Source of the DNA: Aliivibrio fischeri ES114
Lineage (GTDB): Bacteria > Pseudomonadota > Gammaproteobacteria > Enterobacterales > Vibrionaceae
Assembly: GCF_000011805.1 (NCBI RefSeq)
Contig: NC_006841.2
Direction: 5' to 3' (one strand)
Length of the DNA: 32,000 bases
Made by a program: the position numbers and the translations under genes. Positions 1-9,121 of this stretch are shown here, piece by piece. Below the pieces are notes generated by a model, which saw nothing but the letters and a program-made list of their open reading frames with translations, was not told where the DNA came from and did not search any database. Every line of letters starts with the position of its first letter. Position 1 is the stretch's first letter.

Positions 1-508
1 AAAACCGCTGCTCAATAGTTGCTCCATGAACAACAAGAATATTGCTAGGTAAATTTGAAAAGAAACATTCCATTGCCTCTTCGAGTGAAATCCCCATTTT
101 TTGTTGCTCAGGTAAAATGTGATGCAATGAGCGTGCGATATGCTCTCTTTCTTCATGTCCATCCTCTGCACTTATTGAGGTTGGTTCATTGATGATATGG
201 TGCTGGGCACTGCTGAGTTTGATTACGCCATCAATAATGTGAACCCAACCAACGCTCACGATATGATCGGTTTTCGGATTTAACCCTGAGGTTTCAAAAT
301 CCACAACGGTGAACGCCATATCATTACTGTTTTCTTTCGGGCTTGGATAAGATGATTTAAGAAAACAGACTAAATAATCAGGTAGCGTTAAATTTTGTTC
401 AATTAATGCTTGTCTCTGCTCTTCTAAACGGTGCAATGGATGGCGATTAGAGAATAGATCCATCATATGAGTGATGATATTTTTGTTCTTTAATGATTTA
501 TCAGGCAT
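1..508 (-). CDS. 3'-5' exonuclease, DnaQ/PolC epsilon-like (C-terminal part runs off the window start)
   Basis: Reverse-strand reading from ATG at 508 gives MPDKSLKNKNIITHMMDLFSNRHPLHRLEEQ...MAFTVVDFETSGLNPKTDHIVSVGWVHI; the 'DFETSGLNP' block is the DEDD exonuclease motif I. Frame is open to the window edge and abuts the downstream end of the 512-2380 gene. Confidence 0.85.
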   Translation of the reverse strand, partial: MPDKSLKNKNIITHMMDLFSNRHPLHRLEEQRQALIEQNLTLPDYLVCFLKSSYPSPKENSNDMAFTVVDFETSGLNPKTDHIVSVGWVHIIDGVIKLSSAQHHIINEPTSISAEDGHEEREHIARSLHHILPEQQKMGISLEEAMECFFSNLPSNILVVHGATIEQRF

Positions 509-511
509 GTA

Positions 512-2380
512 CTAGACACCAAATTTCATTTTCATTAATTCTTGAAAGTTTGAAACGATACGAAATGCATCTTTTAAATGCTGACGTTCAAAACTACCAA
601 ATAAATCAGGCTGTAGTTGACTATCAATGGGTGTGTCATTTTGAATCGCTTTTAATTGGTGTTGGAAACGCAAGCGATTTGCATAATGATAAGTTTCATT
701 GAGATCTTGATATGTTGAATCGTTAAGAACCCCGACTTGGTGTAAGAATTCCATGCGCTCTGTAGTATTTAATGCAGTACTTTCTTGTAGTAGTGAATAA
801 ATACGGATGAAATCAACCATACAAGAAATTGCGGCTTTTTTGATATTTAACACTTTATTATTGTTACCATCTTTTTCTAATACCAAATGCTTAAAGATGC
901 CTAGTGGGGGGCGAGTTCTTAATGCATTACGTACAAGAGCAACGGTTAACTGCATATTATTGCTTACCAATTCATGGCGGCAGGAATCAACAGAGTCAAA
1001 GAGTGCTTCATCCCCATAAATTGGACGAATTTCTAAAAATACATTCAGATTAAGCAATAACTCGTATTCAGGGTTATTACTCCATTTACGGTAATATTCT
1101 TGCCAAATCTCAGCTTTTTGGCACCATTTCGGTGTAGCTGCCATAAAGCGACCTTTACATAAGGTGTAATCTAATTCTGAGAGTGCTTTACATACGTACA
1201 TCGAGAAATGATTAAAATAGATTCTGTCTGATTCTGTCGCGTCGTCAGCAAGGATAATGGCATTATCTTGATCTGATGCTAAATGAACTTCATTTCGAGC
1301 ATGAGAGCCCGCGACTATCCATGTAAATTTACAAGGTGGCTGACCGAATTGTTCAATGGCAAGTTCGATTAACCGGTACGTAAATGCATCATAAATCATA
1401 CTCAGTACTTGCCCAATAATACTTGGCGATGAATTGCTTTCCATCATCCCCTGAAACACAGCACTTCGTTGTTTGGATAAATCAATTAACGTCGAGATGG
1501 AATCAGCGTGACGAATTTTATCTAGTAAGAAAATAGATTGAACACTGTCATTTTGAATTAAATGTTGTGGGGTGATAAAGCCTGTTACCTGTTTTTGATG
1601 ATTAAGCACCGGAATATTTTGAATATTATGCTTCATCATCAATTGAACAGCCGACATCACTAAATCATCTTCATACACGGTATGAATTTCTTGGGTCATG
1701 ATAGAAGAGATAGGGTCATGAACATTTTTTGCTTGAGCAACCACACGTTTCGTCATGTCCTTATCGGTGATCATTCCAATTAGATGTTTATTTTCATCAA
1801 CAATAAAAGCACATGAAACGCCAACCACATTGCGCATTTGATGAGCTACAGCTTGAATCGTATCGGTAGGGGAGGCAATCGCTATGGTTGAATCCGCAAT
1901 ATCACTGTTAGGACGAAGGTAGTTTTGATGCGCATGCTGTTGGTTGTCTTGTTTACTATCTTGCGCTCGCAAACGCGTTTTTAAACTTAAAGCAAGAGAT
2001 GAAGCGACTTGAGGATAAGCCTCCACTGACGCCATTAGTGATGTGTAGTCAAAGCGATATAGAAGCGTATTTTCTATGGCAAAAATGGAATAGCCAAATT
2101 CTGAGTCATTTTGCTGTAGGTTAAAGCCAAAGATATCTTCAGAGCCTAGTTTGGCACGCAATGTTCCATCAAGATTATTCTGTTGTACTACACCTGTACG
2201 AATAATATAGAGATGGGTAGCGTTATCTTCATGAGAAATGGTTTCTTCAGGGCCAAGCAATAAGATATCGACAGTTTGAGCAATATCATTGAGCGCTGTT
2301 TGTGGCAGTAAATCAAAAGGAGATATTGTTTGTAAGAAGGAAACAATATTCGGGAGGAGTTCATTATTCATATTGTTCAT
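512..2380 (-). CDS. Cyclic-nucleotide-binding-like / CBS-pair / DUF294 putative nucleotidyltransferase protein
   Basis: 622 aa ORF; two CBS-like repeats (TIQAVAHQMRNVVGVSCAFIVDENKHLIGMITDKDMTKR; MSAVQLMMKHNIQNIPVLNHQKQVTGFITPQHL) followed by a nucleotidyltransferase-like segment (WIVAGSHARNEVHLASDQDNAIIL). Confidence 0.85.
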   Translation of the reverse strand: MNNMNNELLPNIVSFLQTISPFDLLPQTALNDIAQTVDILLLGPEETISHEDNATHLYIIRTGVVQQNNLDGTLRAKLGSEDIFGFNLQQNDSEFGYSIFAIENTLLYRFDYTSLMASVEAYPQVASSLALSLKTRLRAQDSKQDNQQHAHQNYLRPNSDIADSTIAIASPTDTIQAVAHQMRNVVGVSCAFIVDENKHLIGMITDKDMTKRVVAQAKNVHDPISSIMTQEIHTVYEDDLVMSAVQLMMKHNIQNIPVLNHQKQVTGFITPQHLIQNDSVQSIFLLDKIRHADSISTLIDLSKQRSAVFQGMMESNSSPSIIGQVLSMIYDAFTYRLIELAIEQFGQPPCKFTWIVAGSHARNEVHLASDQDNAIILADDATESDRIYFNHFSMYVCKALSELDYTLCKGRFMAATPKWCQKAEIWQEYYRKWSNNPEYELLLNLNVFLEIRPIYGDEALFDSVDSCRHELVSNNMQLTVALVRNALRTRPPLGIFKHLVLEKDGNNNKVLNIKKAAISCMVDFIRIYSLLQESTALNTTERMEFLHQVGVLNDSTYQDLNETYHYANRLRFQHQLKAIQNDTPIDSQLQPDLFGSFERQHLKDAFRIVSNFQELMKMKFGV

Positions 2381-2438
2381 ACCTTCTTATCATGGGCTAT
2401 TTTGATTGATAATAACGTTACGCTCTACAAACATTGCA

Positions 2439-2485
2439 GGCTATTCATATTAATTGCAACCAATTGATAATTAATATGAATAGCC
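2439..2485. repeat. 17-bp perfect inverted repeat (hairpin) between symporter and DUF294 genes
   Basis: ggctattcatattaatt (2439-2455) / aattaatatgaatagcc (2469-2485), exact reverse complements with a 13-nt spacer; no adjacent long T tract on either strand. Confidence 0.7.
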
Positions 2486-2511
2486 CCATCATTGGATGAG
2501 GCTAGAGAAGA

Positions 2512-4143
2512 TTACCAGAATACTGAGTACAGCACTGCAAGAATAATCACAACAACGTAAGCGGCAATATTAAAATTACGTTCTGTCGCAAACATGGAAG
2601 AGTCTAATGCGATAGCTTTAGGATCATCATCATGATCTGAGTAACTTAGACTCGTGAATGCAATCACTGCCATAGTAAACAGAAGTGTGTATAGCATTTG
2701 ATCCATAAACGGCATGTTTAATGGCATAAATTTTAAGAACAGTGCAAATGGGATTGATACTATTACACCAATAACTGCACCTTTACTGTTGGTTTTCTTC
2801 CAAAATAGACCTAGTAAGAAGACCGCCAAGATACCTGGGCTTACTAAACCTGTGTATTCTTGAATATATTGGAATGCTTGACCAAGGTTACTTAGCATTG
2901 GAGCGATTAAACAAGCGACAACTAAAGCCACGATAGCTGAAATACGACCTACATTTACAAGCTTGTGGTCGCCTGCTTTTTTACCAACAAATTCTTTGTA
3001 GATATCCATTGTGAATATGGTAGCCGTTGAGTTCAGCATTGAAGCTAATGACGACACAATTGCTGCGGCTAATGCGGCAAATACAATACCTTTAAATCCA
3101 ACTGGTAAGAATTGTGTTAGCCATGGATAAGCTTTATCTGCATGAGCAAGCGTAGGAACGTTGGACGTTGCAATACTTCCAAGTTGTGACATCAGCTCTG
3201 GAGAAGTGGTAATTACGTAAGCGGCGATCCCTGGAACGACAACTAGGAATGGCACGAGTAATTTTAAGAAAGCAGCGAAAATAATCCCTTTTTGAGCTTC
3301 AGCAATAGATTTAGCCGCTAATGTTCTTTGAATGATGTATTGGTTAAAGCCCCAGTAATATAGGTTTGCAACCCATAGACCACCAATAAGAACTGCGATA
3401 CCTGGTAAGTTCATATATTGAGGATTACTTTGATCTAAAATCATTTCAAAGTGGCCTGGTGCAGCTGTCGCCATTTTTGATAAACCACTAAACCAACCGT
3501 CAGTACCGCCGATGAAATCAACAGCCATGTAAGTGGTTAATAGGCCACCAAGGATCAAGAAGAATACTTGAATCACGTCAGTCCAAACAACCGCTGATAA
3601 CCCACCGTAAATAGAGTAGGCCAATGCAAATAATGCTAAGCCAATAATTGAGTACATGAGTGGAATACCAAGAATCGTTTGCAGTGCAAGGCCGCCTAAG
3701 TATAGAACTGAGGTTAGGTTTACAAAGACATACAAGCAAATCCAAAATACCGCCAAAATGGTTTTTAAGTTTTTGTTAAAGCGTTTTTCTACAAATTCTG
3801 GAATCGTGTAGATGCCTTTATCGATAAAAATAGGCAAGAAATACTTACCAACAATGATTAAGGTTAGTGCTGCCATCCATTCATAGGAAGCAATCGCTAA
3901 ACCGATAGAAAAGCCAGATCCTGACATTCCAATAAATTGTTCCGCTGAAATATTAGCGGCGATTAAGGATGAACCAACCGCCCACCAAGGTAGCGATTTC
4001 CCTGCGAGGAAATAATCCTCTGTACTTTTTTGAGAGCCTTTTTTATCTCTGGATACCCAGAGGCCAACGCCGATAATGATTGCTACATAGAGAGCAAAAA
4101 CGATGATATCGACAATACCTAATCCATTTTCTACATGAGACAT
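2512..4143 (-). CDS. sglT: Sodium/galactose (glucose) cotransporter, SSS family, vSGLT-like
   Basis: 543 aa; closely resembles Vibrio parahaemolyticus vSGLT by recall (GVGLWVSRDKKG.QKSTEDYFLAGKSLPWWAVG.SLIAANISAEQFIGMSGSG; NLYYWGFNQYIIQRTLAAKS). Divergent from the gal operon. Confidence 0.93.
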   Translation of the reverse strand: MSHVENGLGIVDIIVFALYVAIIIGVGLWVSRDKKGSQKSTEDYFLAGKSLPWWAVGSSLIAANISAEQFIGMSGSGFSIGLAIASYEWMAALTLIIVGKYFLPIFIDKGIYTIPEFVEKRFNKNLKTILAVFWICLYVFVNLTSVLYLGGLALQTILGIPLMYSIIGLALFALAYSIYGGLSAVVWTDVIQVFFLILGGLLTTYMAVDFIGGTDGWFSGLSKMATAAPGHFEMILDQSNPQYMNLPGIAVLIGGLWVANLYYWGFNQYIIQRTLAAKSIAEAQKGIIFAAFLKLLVPFLVVVPGIAAYVITTSPELMSQLGSIATSNVPTLAHADKAYPWLTQFLPVGFKGIVFAALAAAIVSSLASMLNSTATIFTMDIYKEFVGKKAGDHKLVNVGRISAIVALVVACLIAPMLSNLGQAFQYIQEYTGLVSPGILAVFLLGLFWKKTNSKGAVIGVIVSIPFALFLKFMPLNMPFMDQMLYTLLFTMAVIAFTSLSYSDHDDDPKAIALDSSMFATERNFNIAAYVVVIILAVLYSVFW

Positions 4144-4182
4144 TGTATTAACCTACCACTTATTGTTTTGATTTGAGGTTGG

Positions 4183-4200
4183 ATTGTAAACGTTTACAAT
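4183..4200. promoter_or_regulatory. GalR/LacI-family operator, symporter side
   Basis: Perfect 18-bp palindrome attgtaaac|gtttacaat, matching the GalR/GalS core GTAAACGTTTAC-type sites. Confidence 0.8.
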
Positions 4201-4209
4201 TGTCGTGGT

Positions 4210-4225
4210 GGTGATAGCTGTCACA
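4210..4225. promoter_or_regulatory. Candidate CRP-cAMP binding site
   Basis: ggtga-tagctg-tcaca, 9 of 10 matches to TGTGA-N6-TCACA, next to the GalR-type operator upstream of a sugar symporter. Confidence 0.6.
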
Positions 4226-4339
4226 AAATGTTACAAATGGTATTGTTTTCTTTGTGATTTTTTAAGTTGCTGTTTTTATTGGTTTATATTGTAGTTTTCT
4301 GGTTTCGTTAGTTGTATTTATGTGCTTTTTTTGCTTTAG

Positions 4340-4353
4340 TGTAAACGTTTACA
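4340..4353. promoter_or_regulatory. GalR/LacI-family operator, galE side
   Basis: Perfect 14-bp palindrome tgtaaacgtttaca, about 76 bp upstream of the galE start. Confidence 0.8.
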
Positions 4354-4428
4354 TTTTTTGAAACTGATCACGATATTATTTTAAATTCGCTGATAAACTT
4401 TACTAAAATTTAGCAGGAAGGTTTAACC

Positions 4429-5439
4429 ATGAAAGTATTAGTAACTGGTGGAATGGGTTATATCGGTAGCCATACGTGTATTCAAATGATTGAAGCAGGT
4501 ATTGAACCAATCATTTTGGATAATTTAGGGAACAGTAAAGTTGCAGTGCTTGATTGCATTGAAGCGTTAACTCACGTTCGTCCTGTCTTTTATCAGGGAG
4601 ACATTCGTGATGAAGCCTTTCTAGATAGTATTTTTGCAGAGCATTCTATTTCATCGGTTATTCACTTCGCAGGATTAAAAGCAGTCGGTGAATCGGTAGC
4701 AAAACCATTGGAGTATTACGATAACAATGTAAATGGCTCATTGGTATTAGCTCGTTCAATGCGAAAAGCGAACGTAAAAAGTATCGTATTTAGCTCATCT
4801 GCAACCGTCTATGGTGATCCTGCCATTGTTCCTATTACTGAAAGTTCACCAACAGGTGCAACAACCAACCCATATGGCCGCAGTAAATACATGGTTGAAG
4901 AGTGTTTCTCTGATTTGTTTGATGCTGAGAACGATTGGAGCATCACCTTACTTCGCTATTTCAACCCAGTAGGTGCACACCCATCAGGCACTATGGGTGA
5001 AGATCCTCAAGGTATTCCAAATAATCTAATGCCATTTATTGCTCAAGTTGCTGTAGGTCGTCGTGAATCATTGTCTGTATTTGGTAATGATTATCCGACA
5101 CCAGATGGAACAGGGGTTCGTGATTACATTCATGTAATGGATTTAGCCGATGGGCACATCGCCGCATTAAAAGCGGTGGGTGAAAAATCAGGCCTGCATA
5201 TTTACAACTTAGGCACCGGTAAAGGCTCAAGTGTATTAGAAATGGTTGAGGCATTTTCTCAAGCATCAGGTAAGTCGGTTCCTTATACGTTATGCCCTCG
5301 ACGTGCAGGTGATATTGCTGAATGTTGGGCAAGTACAGAAAAAGCAGAAAAAGAATTGGGATGGAAAGCGACTCGCAATGTAATGGAAATGAGCGCAGAC
5401 ACATGGCGTTGGCAGTCGAATAATCCTGAAGGTTATTAA
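4429..5439 (+). CDS. galE: UDP-glucose 4-epimerase
   Basis: 336 aa; MKVLVTGGMGYIGSHTCIQMIEAG Rossmann motif, SSSATVYG, YGRSKYMVEE; first gene of the galETKM cluster. Confidence 0.97.
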   Translation: MKVLVTGGMGYIGSHTCIQMIEAGIEPIILDNLGNSKVAVLDCIEALTHVRPVFYQGDIRDEAFLDSIFAEHSISSVIHFAGLKAVGESVAKPLEYYDNNVNGSLVLARSMRKANVKSIVFSSSATVYGDPAIVPITESSPTGATTNPYGRSKYMVEECFSDLFDAENDWSITLLRYFNPVGAHPSGTMGEDPQGIPNNLMPFIAQVAVGRRESLSVFGNDYPTPDGTGVRDYIHVMDLADGHIAALKAVGEKSGLHIYNLGTGKGSSVLEMVEAFSQASGKSVPYTLCPRRAGDIAECWASTEKAEKELGWKATRNVMEMSADTWRWQSNNPEGY

Positions 5440-5460
5440 GATCTAAAGAGTAGAGTTCAA

Positions 5461-5499
5461 AATTCAGATCAGTCGCAAGCTCCTTGAAAGAATTCAGAG
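5461..5499. repeat. Single arm of an inverted-repeat element in the galE-galT gap
   Basis: aattcagatcagtcgcaagctccttgaaagaattcagag is highly similar to the reverse complement of 6714-6752 (aattcagatcggtcgcaagctcccttgcagagttcagag). Confidence 0.6.
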
Positions 5500-5576
5500 A
5501 AGAGCATGATTAGAGCGACAAATATGAAGATTTGGGTTCATGTATATTTTATTGGGAAGAATTGAGTATAAAAATT

Positions 5577-6629
5577 ATGTCAAATGTTGAGTTTAATCCT
5601 GTCGATCATCCGCATCGTCGTTATAACCCATTAACGGGTCAATGGATTTTAGTATCACCACATCGTGCGAAACGCCCATGGAGTGGTCAAGATGAAAAGC
5701 CATCGACAGAGCAACTACCACAATACGACAAAGGCTGTTTCTTATGCCCAACCAATGCTCGTATCTCTGGTGACACCAACCCAGATTATAAAGGCACTTA
5801 CGTATTCAGTAATGATTTTGCTGCACTGATGACAGATTCACCAGAAGCGCCGCAATCATCTAATCCACTATTTAAAACACAAGGGGTTCGTGGATTAAGT
5901 CGAGTGATTTGTTTCTCGTCAGATCACAGTAAAACCTTGCCTGAATTACCTGTAGGTCAAATTCGTAATGTGATTGATACATGGAATGATCAAATTGAAG
6001 AGTTAGGAAAAGAATACCTTTGGGTTCAAGCATTTGAGAACAAAGGCGAGACAATGGGCTGCTCTCAACCGCATCCTCACGGTCAAATCTGGGCAAACAG
6101 CTTCTTACCTAATGAGATTGAACGTAAAGAAAAACACCTTAAAGAGTATTACCAAGAACACGGTTCAAACTTGTTAGTTGATTATGTTGAATCAGAACTA
6201 AAAGATGGCGAGCGCACAGTCGTAGAAACGGAACATTGGATTGCAGTTGTTCCTTATTGGGCTGCATGGCCATTTGAAACCATGTTATTACCAAAAACAC
6301 ACATTCGTCGTATGAGTGAACTGACAGACGAACAACGTGATGATTTGGCGTTAGCCATTAAAAAACTAACCAGCCGTTACGACAACTTATTCCAGTGTTC
6401 ATTCCCATATTCAATGGGTTGGCATTATGCGCCTTTCTTTGAAGAGGGCACTGACATTGAGCATTGGCAATTACATGCATTGTTTTATCCGCCACTGCTT
6501 CGTTCTGCATCGGTTCGTAAATTCATGGTGGGCTACGAAATGTTAGCCGAAAGCCAACGAGATTTAACTGCAGAGCAAGCCGCGCAAAAACTGCGTGATG
6601 TGAGTGATGTGCATTATAAAGATCTTTAA
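5577..6629 (+). CDS. galT: Galactose-1-phosphate uridylyltransferase
   Basis: ORF track opens at 5532, but ATG at 5577 ([38 protein letters not shown]) is the likely start; [10 protein letters not shown] active-site motif. Confidence 0.96.
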   Translation: MSNVEFNPVDHPHRRYNPLTGQWILVSPHRAKRPWSGQDEKPSTEQLPQYDKGCFLCPTNARISGDTNPDYKGTYVFSNDFAALMTDSPEAPQSSNPLFKTQGVRGLSRVICFSSDHSKTLPELPVGQIRNVIDTWNDQIEELGKEYLWVQAFENKGETMGCSQPHPHGQIWANSFLPNEIERKEKHLKEYYQEHGSNLLVDYVESELKDGERTVVETEHWIAVVPYWAAWPFETMLLPKTHIRRMSELTDEQRDDLALAIKKLTSRYDNLFQCSFPYSMGWHYAPFFEEGTDIEHWQLHALFYPPLLRSASVRKFMVGYEMLAESQRDLTAEQAAQKLRDVSDVHYKDL

Positions 6630-6634
6630 AAGAA

Positions 6635-6748
6635 CAGATCGCTCCGCTTGAAGATCGCTTCGCTTAAAGAGTTCAGAGGTGTTTGTGTTGAAGATAGTAC
6701 TCGCAAAAAGTGACTCTGAACTCTGCAAGGGAGCTTGCGACCGATCTG
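6635..6748. repeat. 114-bp hairpin/inverted-repeat intergenic element in the galT-galK gap
   Basis: Begins cagatcg.. and ends ..cgatctg, with an internal exact inverted pair agagttcagag (6668-6678) / ctctgaactct (6714-6724). Right arm recurs inverted in the galE-galT gap. Confidence 0.65.
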
Positions 6749-6822
6749 AATTCTAATTAATAAAAATATTGAAGACATCTTTGAAATAACAAAGATAACA
6801 ACTCTAAAATTTGGAAATAGCC

Positions 6823-7977
6823 ATGACAAACCTAATTAAAAACGTAAAAGACGCATTCAACTCAGTACTTTCTTACGCACCAACGCACATTGTCCAAGCT
6901 CCGGGTCGTGTAAATTTAATTGGTGAACACACCGATTATAATGACGGTTTCGTATTACCTTGTGCGATTAATTACCAAACGGTAGTGGCAGCGGCAAAGC
7001 GTGATGACAACATCGTTCGCGTGGTGTCGGTTGATTATGGTAATGAAACGGATGAGTTTGATATCACCCAAGAGATCACTTTCCAAGAAAACAAAATGTG
7101 GTCAAATTACATTCGTGGCGTAGTGAAATGTTTAATTGATCGTGGTTATGAGTTTAAAGGTGCGGATATTTCGGTATCGGGTAACGTACCTCAAGGTGCA
7201 GGTCTTAGTTCATCAGCCGCATTAGAAGTCGTTATTGGTCAGACGTTTAAAGAACTGTATAACCTAAACATTAGCCAAGCAGAAATTGCACTGAATGGTC
7301 AGCAAGCTGAGAACGAATTTGTTGGTTGTAACTGCGGCATTATGGATCAAATGATCTCAGCAGAAGGCAACGAAAACCACGCGATGTTATTGGATTGTCG
7401 TTCATTAGAAACTACTGCGGTATCCATGCCAGAAGACATGTCAGTGGTTATTATTAACTCAAATAAAAAACGTGGATTAGTGGATTCGGAATACAACACT
7501 CGTCGCGAGCAATGTGAAGAAGCGGCTCGTATCTTTGGTGTGAAAGCACTGCGTGATGTGACTATCGAAGAATTTAACGCAAAAGCACATGAATTGGATG
7601 AAATGGTCGCAAAACGTGCGCGCCACGTGATTACAGAAAATGATCGTACCGAAGAAGCGGCAAAAGTGTTAGCGTCAGGGGACATGAAACGCATGGCGGT
7701 TTTAATGGCTGAATCTCATGCCTCAATGCGTGATGATTTTGAAATCACGGTTAGTGAAGTGGACACCTTGGTTGATATCGTTAAAAACGTGATTGGCGCA
7801 GAAGGTGGTGTACGCATGACAGGTGGTGGTTTTGGTGGTTGTATTGTTGCCTTAGTTCCACCTATGTTAGTGGATGAAGTGAAAGCGGCCGTTGAAGAAT
7901 TATATGAAGCGAAAACAGGCTTAAAAGAATCCATTTATGTTTGCCAAGCAACCAATGGTGCCGGTCTGGTTTTATAA
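6823..7977 (+). CDS. galK: Galactokinase
   Basis: [23 protein letters not shown] and [21 protein letters not shown] kinase motifs; ORF track starts at 6811 but ATG 6823 ([12 protein letters not shown]) is the likely start. Confidence 0.97.
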   Translation: MTNLIKNVKDAFNSVLSYAPTHIVQAPGRVNLIGEHTDYNDGFVLPCAINYQTVVAAAKRDDNIVRVVSVDYGNETDEFDITQEITFQENKMWSNYIRGVVKCLIDRGYEFKGADISVSGNVPQGAGLSSSAALEVVIGQTFKELYNLNISQAEIALNGQQAENEFVGCNCGIMDQMISAEGNENHAMLLDCRSLETTAVSMPEDMSVVIINSNKKRGLVDSEYNTRREQCEEAARIFGVKALRDVTIEEFNAKAHELDEMVAKRARHVITENDRTEEAAKVLASGDMKRMAVLMAESHASMRDDFEITVSEVDTLVDIVKNVIGAEGGVRMTGGGFGGCIVALVPPMLVDEVKAAVEELYEAKTGLKESIYVCQATNGAGLVL

Positions 7978-7986
7978 GGAATAAAG

Positions 7987-9048
7987 ATGATAGAACAATC
8001 AACATTGTTCGAAACCATGACTAAGGAGGCGACCAGCGATGGTCGCCTTGCTCAGTTATTCGAACTGAAAAATCAACATGGAATGCGTGCCGTATTTATG
8101 GATATTGGCGCAACGTGGTTAAGTTGCAAAGTGCCGGTTAAAGGTCAATTACGTGAAGTGTTGTTAGGGCAGTCAACCATGGCTGATTTTTTAGAACAAC
8201 AAAGTTATATGGGGGTCACTGTTGGCCGCTATGCAAATCGTATCGCAAATGGCCAATTTAAAATTGATGGTATTAAACATCAAGTTGAAACTAATCAAGC
8301 AGGAAACACCTTACATGGTGGGCCTGAAGGGTTTAATAAACGTCGTTGGAACGTAGTAGAAGTAACAGAAAACAGTGTTGAATTTGGTTTGGTATCATCA
8401 GATGGGGATCAAGGTTTTCCTGGTGATCTTGATGTTACCGTAAAATATCAACTTACCAATGATAATGAAGTAGCCATTAGCTACAAAGCGAAAACGAATA
8501 AGACAACGCCGATTAACTTAACTAATCATGCTTATTTTAATTTACTTGGAGCGGACAGTGAACACTTAGGGATCGATCATATCTTAAGTGTTAATTCGCA
8601 AGAGTTTGTACCAACGACAGAGTGTGGTATTCCTAAAGGGCAATGGAAACGAGTTAAAAACACGAATTTTGATTTCACTTCACCTAAAGTGATTTCGCAA
8701 GATTTCATGCTCGATAAAGACCAAGAAAAAGTCAAAGGGTACGATCACTCTTTTGTTCTTGATAAATCTTGTTCTAAGGGAGAGAGCGCTGCGAGTTTAA
8801 CTTCTCCTGATAGCTTGGTAACCATGCATGTATTTACCACTAAGCCGGCAATACAGCTGTATACCGGAAATTGGTTAGCTGGCACACCAAATCGAGTGGG
8901 AGGGGAGTATCAGGATTATTCTGGTATTGCATTAGAGACTCAATTCCTGCCTGATGCGTTAAATCATCCAGAATGGGATCACCCAAGTACCATTTTGCAA
9001 CCAAATGAAACGTATCAACATCAAACTTGCTATCAATTTATTGTTTGA
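7987..9048 (+). CDS. galM: Aldose 1-epimerase (mutarotase)
   Basis: 353 aa; YANRIANGQF, NQAGNTLHGGPEGFNKR, LTNHAYFNL, GIALETQFLPDALNHPEW motifs; ends the gal cluster. Confidence 0.95.
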   Translation: MIEQSTLFETMTKEATSDGRLAQLFELKNQHGMRAVFMDIGATWLSCKVPVKGQLREVLLGQSTMADFLEQQSYMGVTVGRYANRIANGQFKIDGIKHQVETNQAGNTLHGGPEGFNKRRWNVVEVTENSVEFGLVSSDGDQGFPGDLDVTVKYQLTNDNEVAISYKAKTNKTTPINLTNHAYFNLLGADSEHLGIDHILSVNSQEFVPTTECGIPKGQWKRVKNTNFDFTSPKVISQDFMLDKDQEKVKGYDHSFVLDKSCSKGESAASLTSPDSLVTMHVFTTKPAIQLYTGNWLAGTPNRVGGEYQDYSGIALETQFLPDALNHPEWDHPSTILQPNETYQHQTCYQFIV

Positions 9049-9070
9049 TAGTTAAGGCCATTAGATAGAA

Positions 9071-9096
9071 AAAAGGAGCGATCATTCGCTCCTTTT
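9071..9096. terminator. Bidirectional intrinsic terminator between galM and the RND gene
   Basis: aaaaggagcga-tcat-tcgctcctttt, perfect 11-bp stem between convergent genes. Confidence 0.85.
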
Positions 9097-9121
9097 GATT
9101 TCGTTCTTTTTATGGACGATG

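Noticed and set aside
6626-6829. 67-aa minus-strand ORF across the galT-galK gap
   Set aside because: Covers the hairpin repeat; no convincing start context or domain. Better explained as a repeat element.
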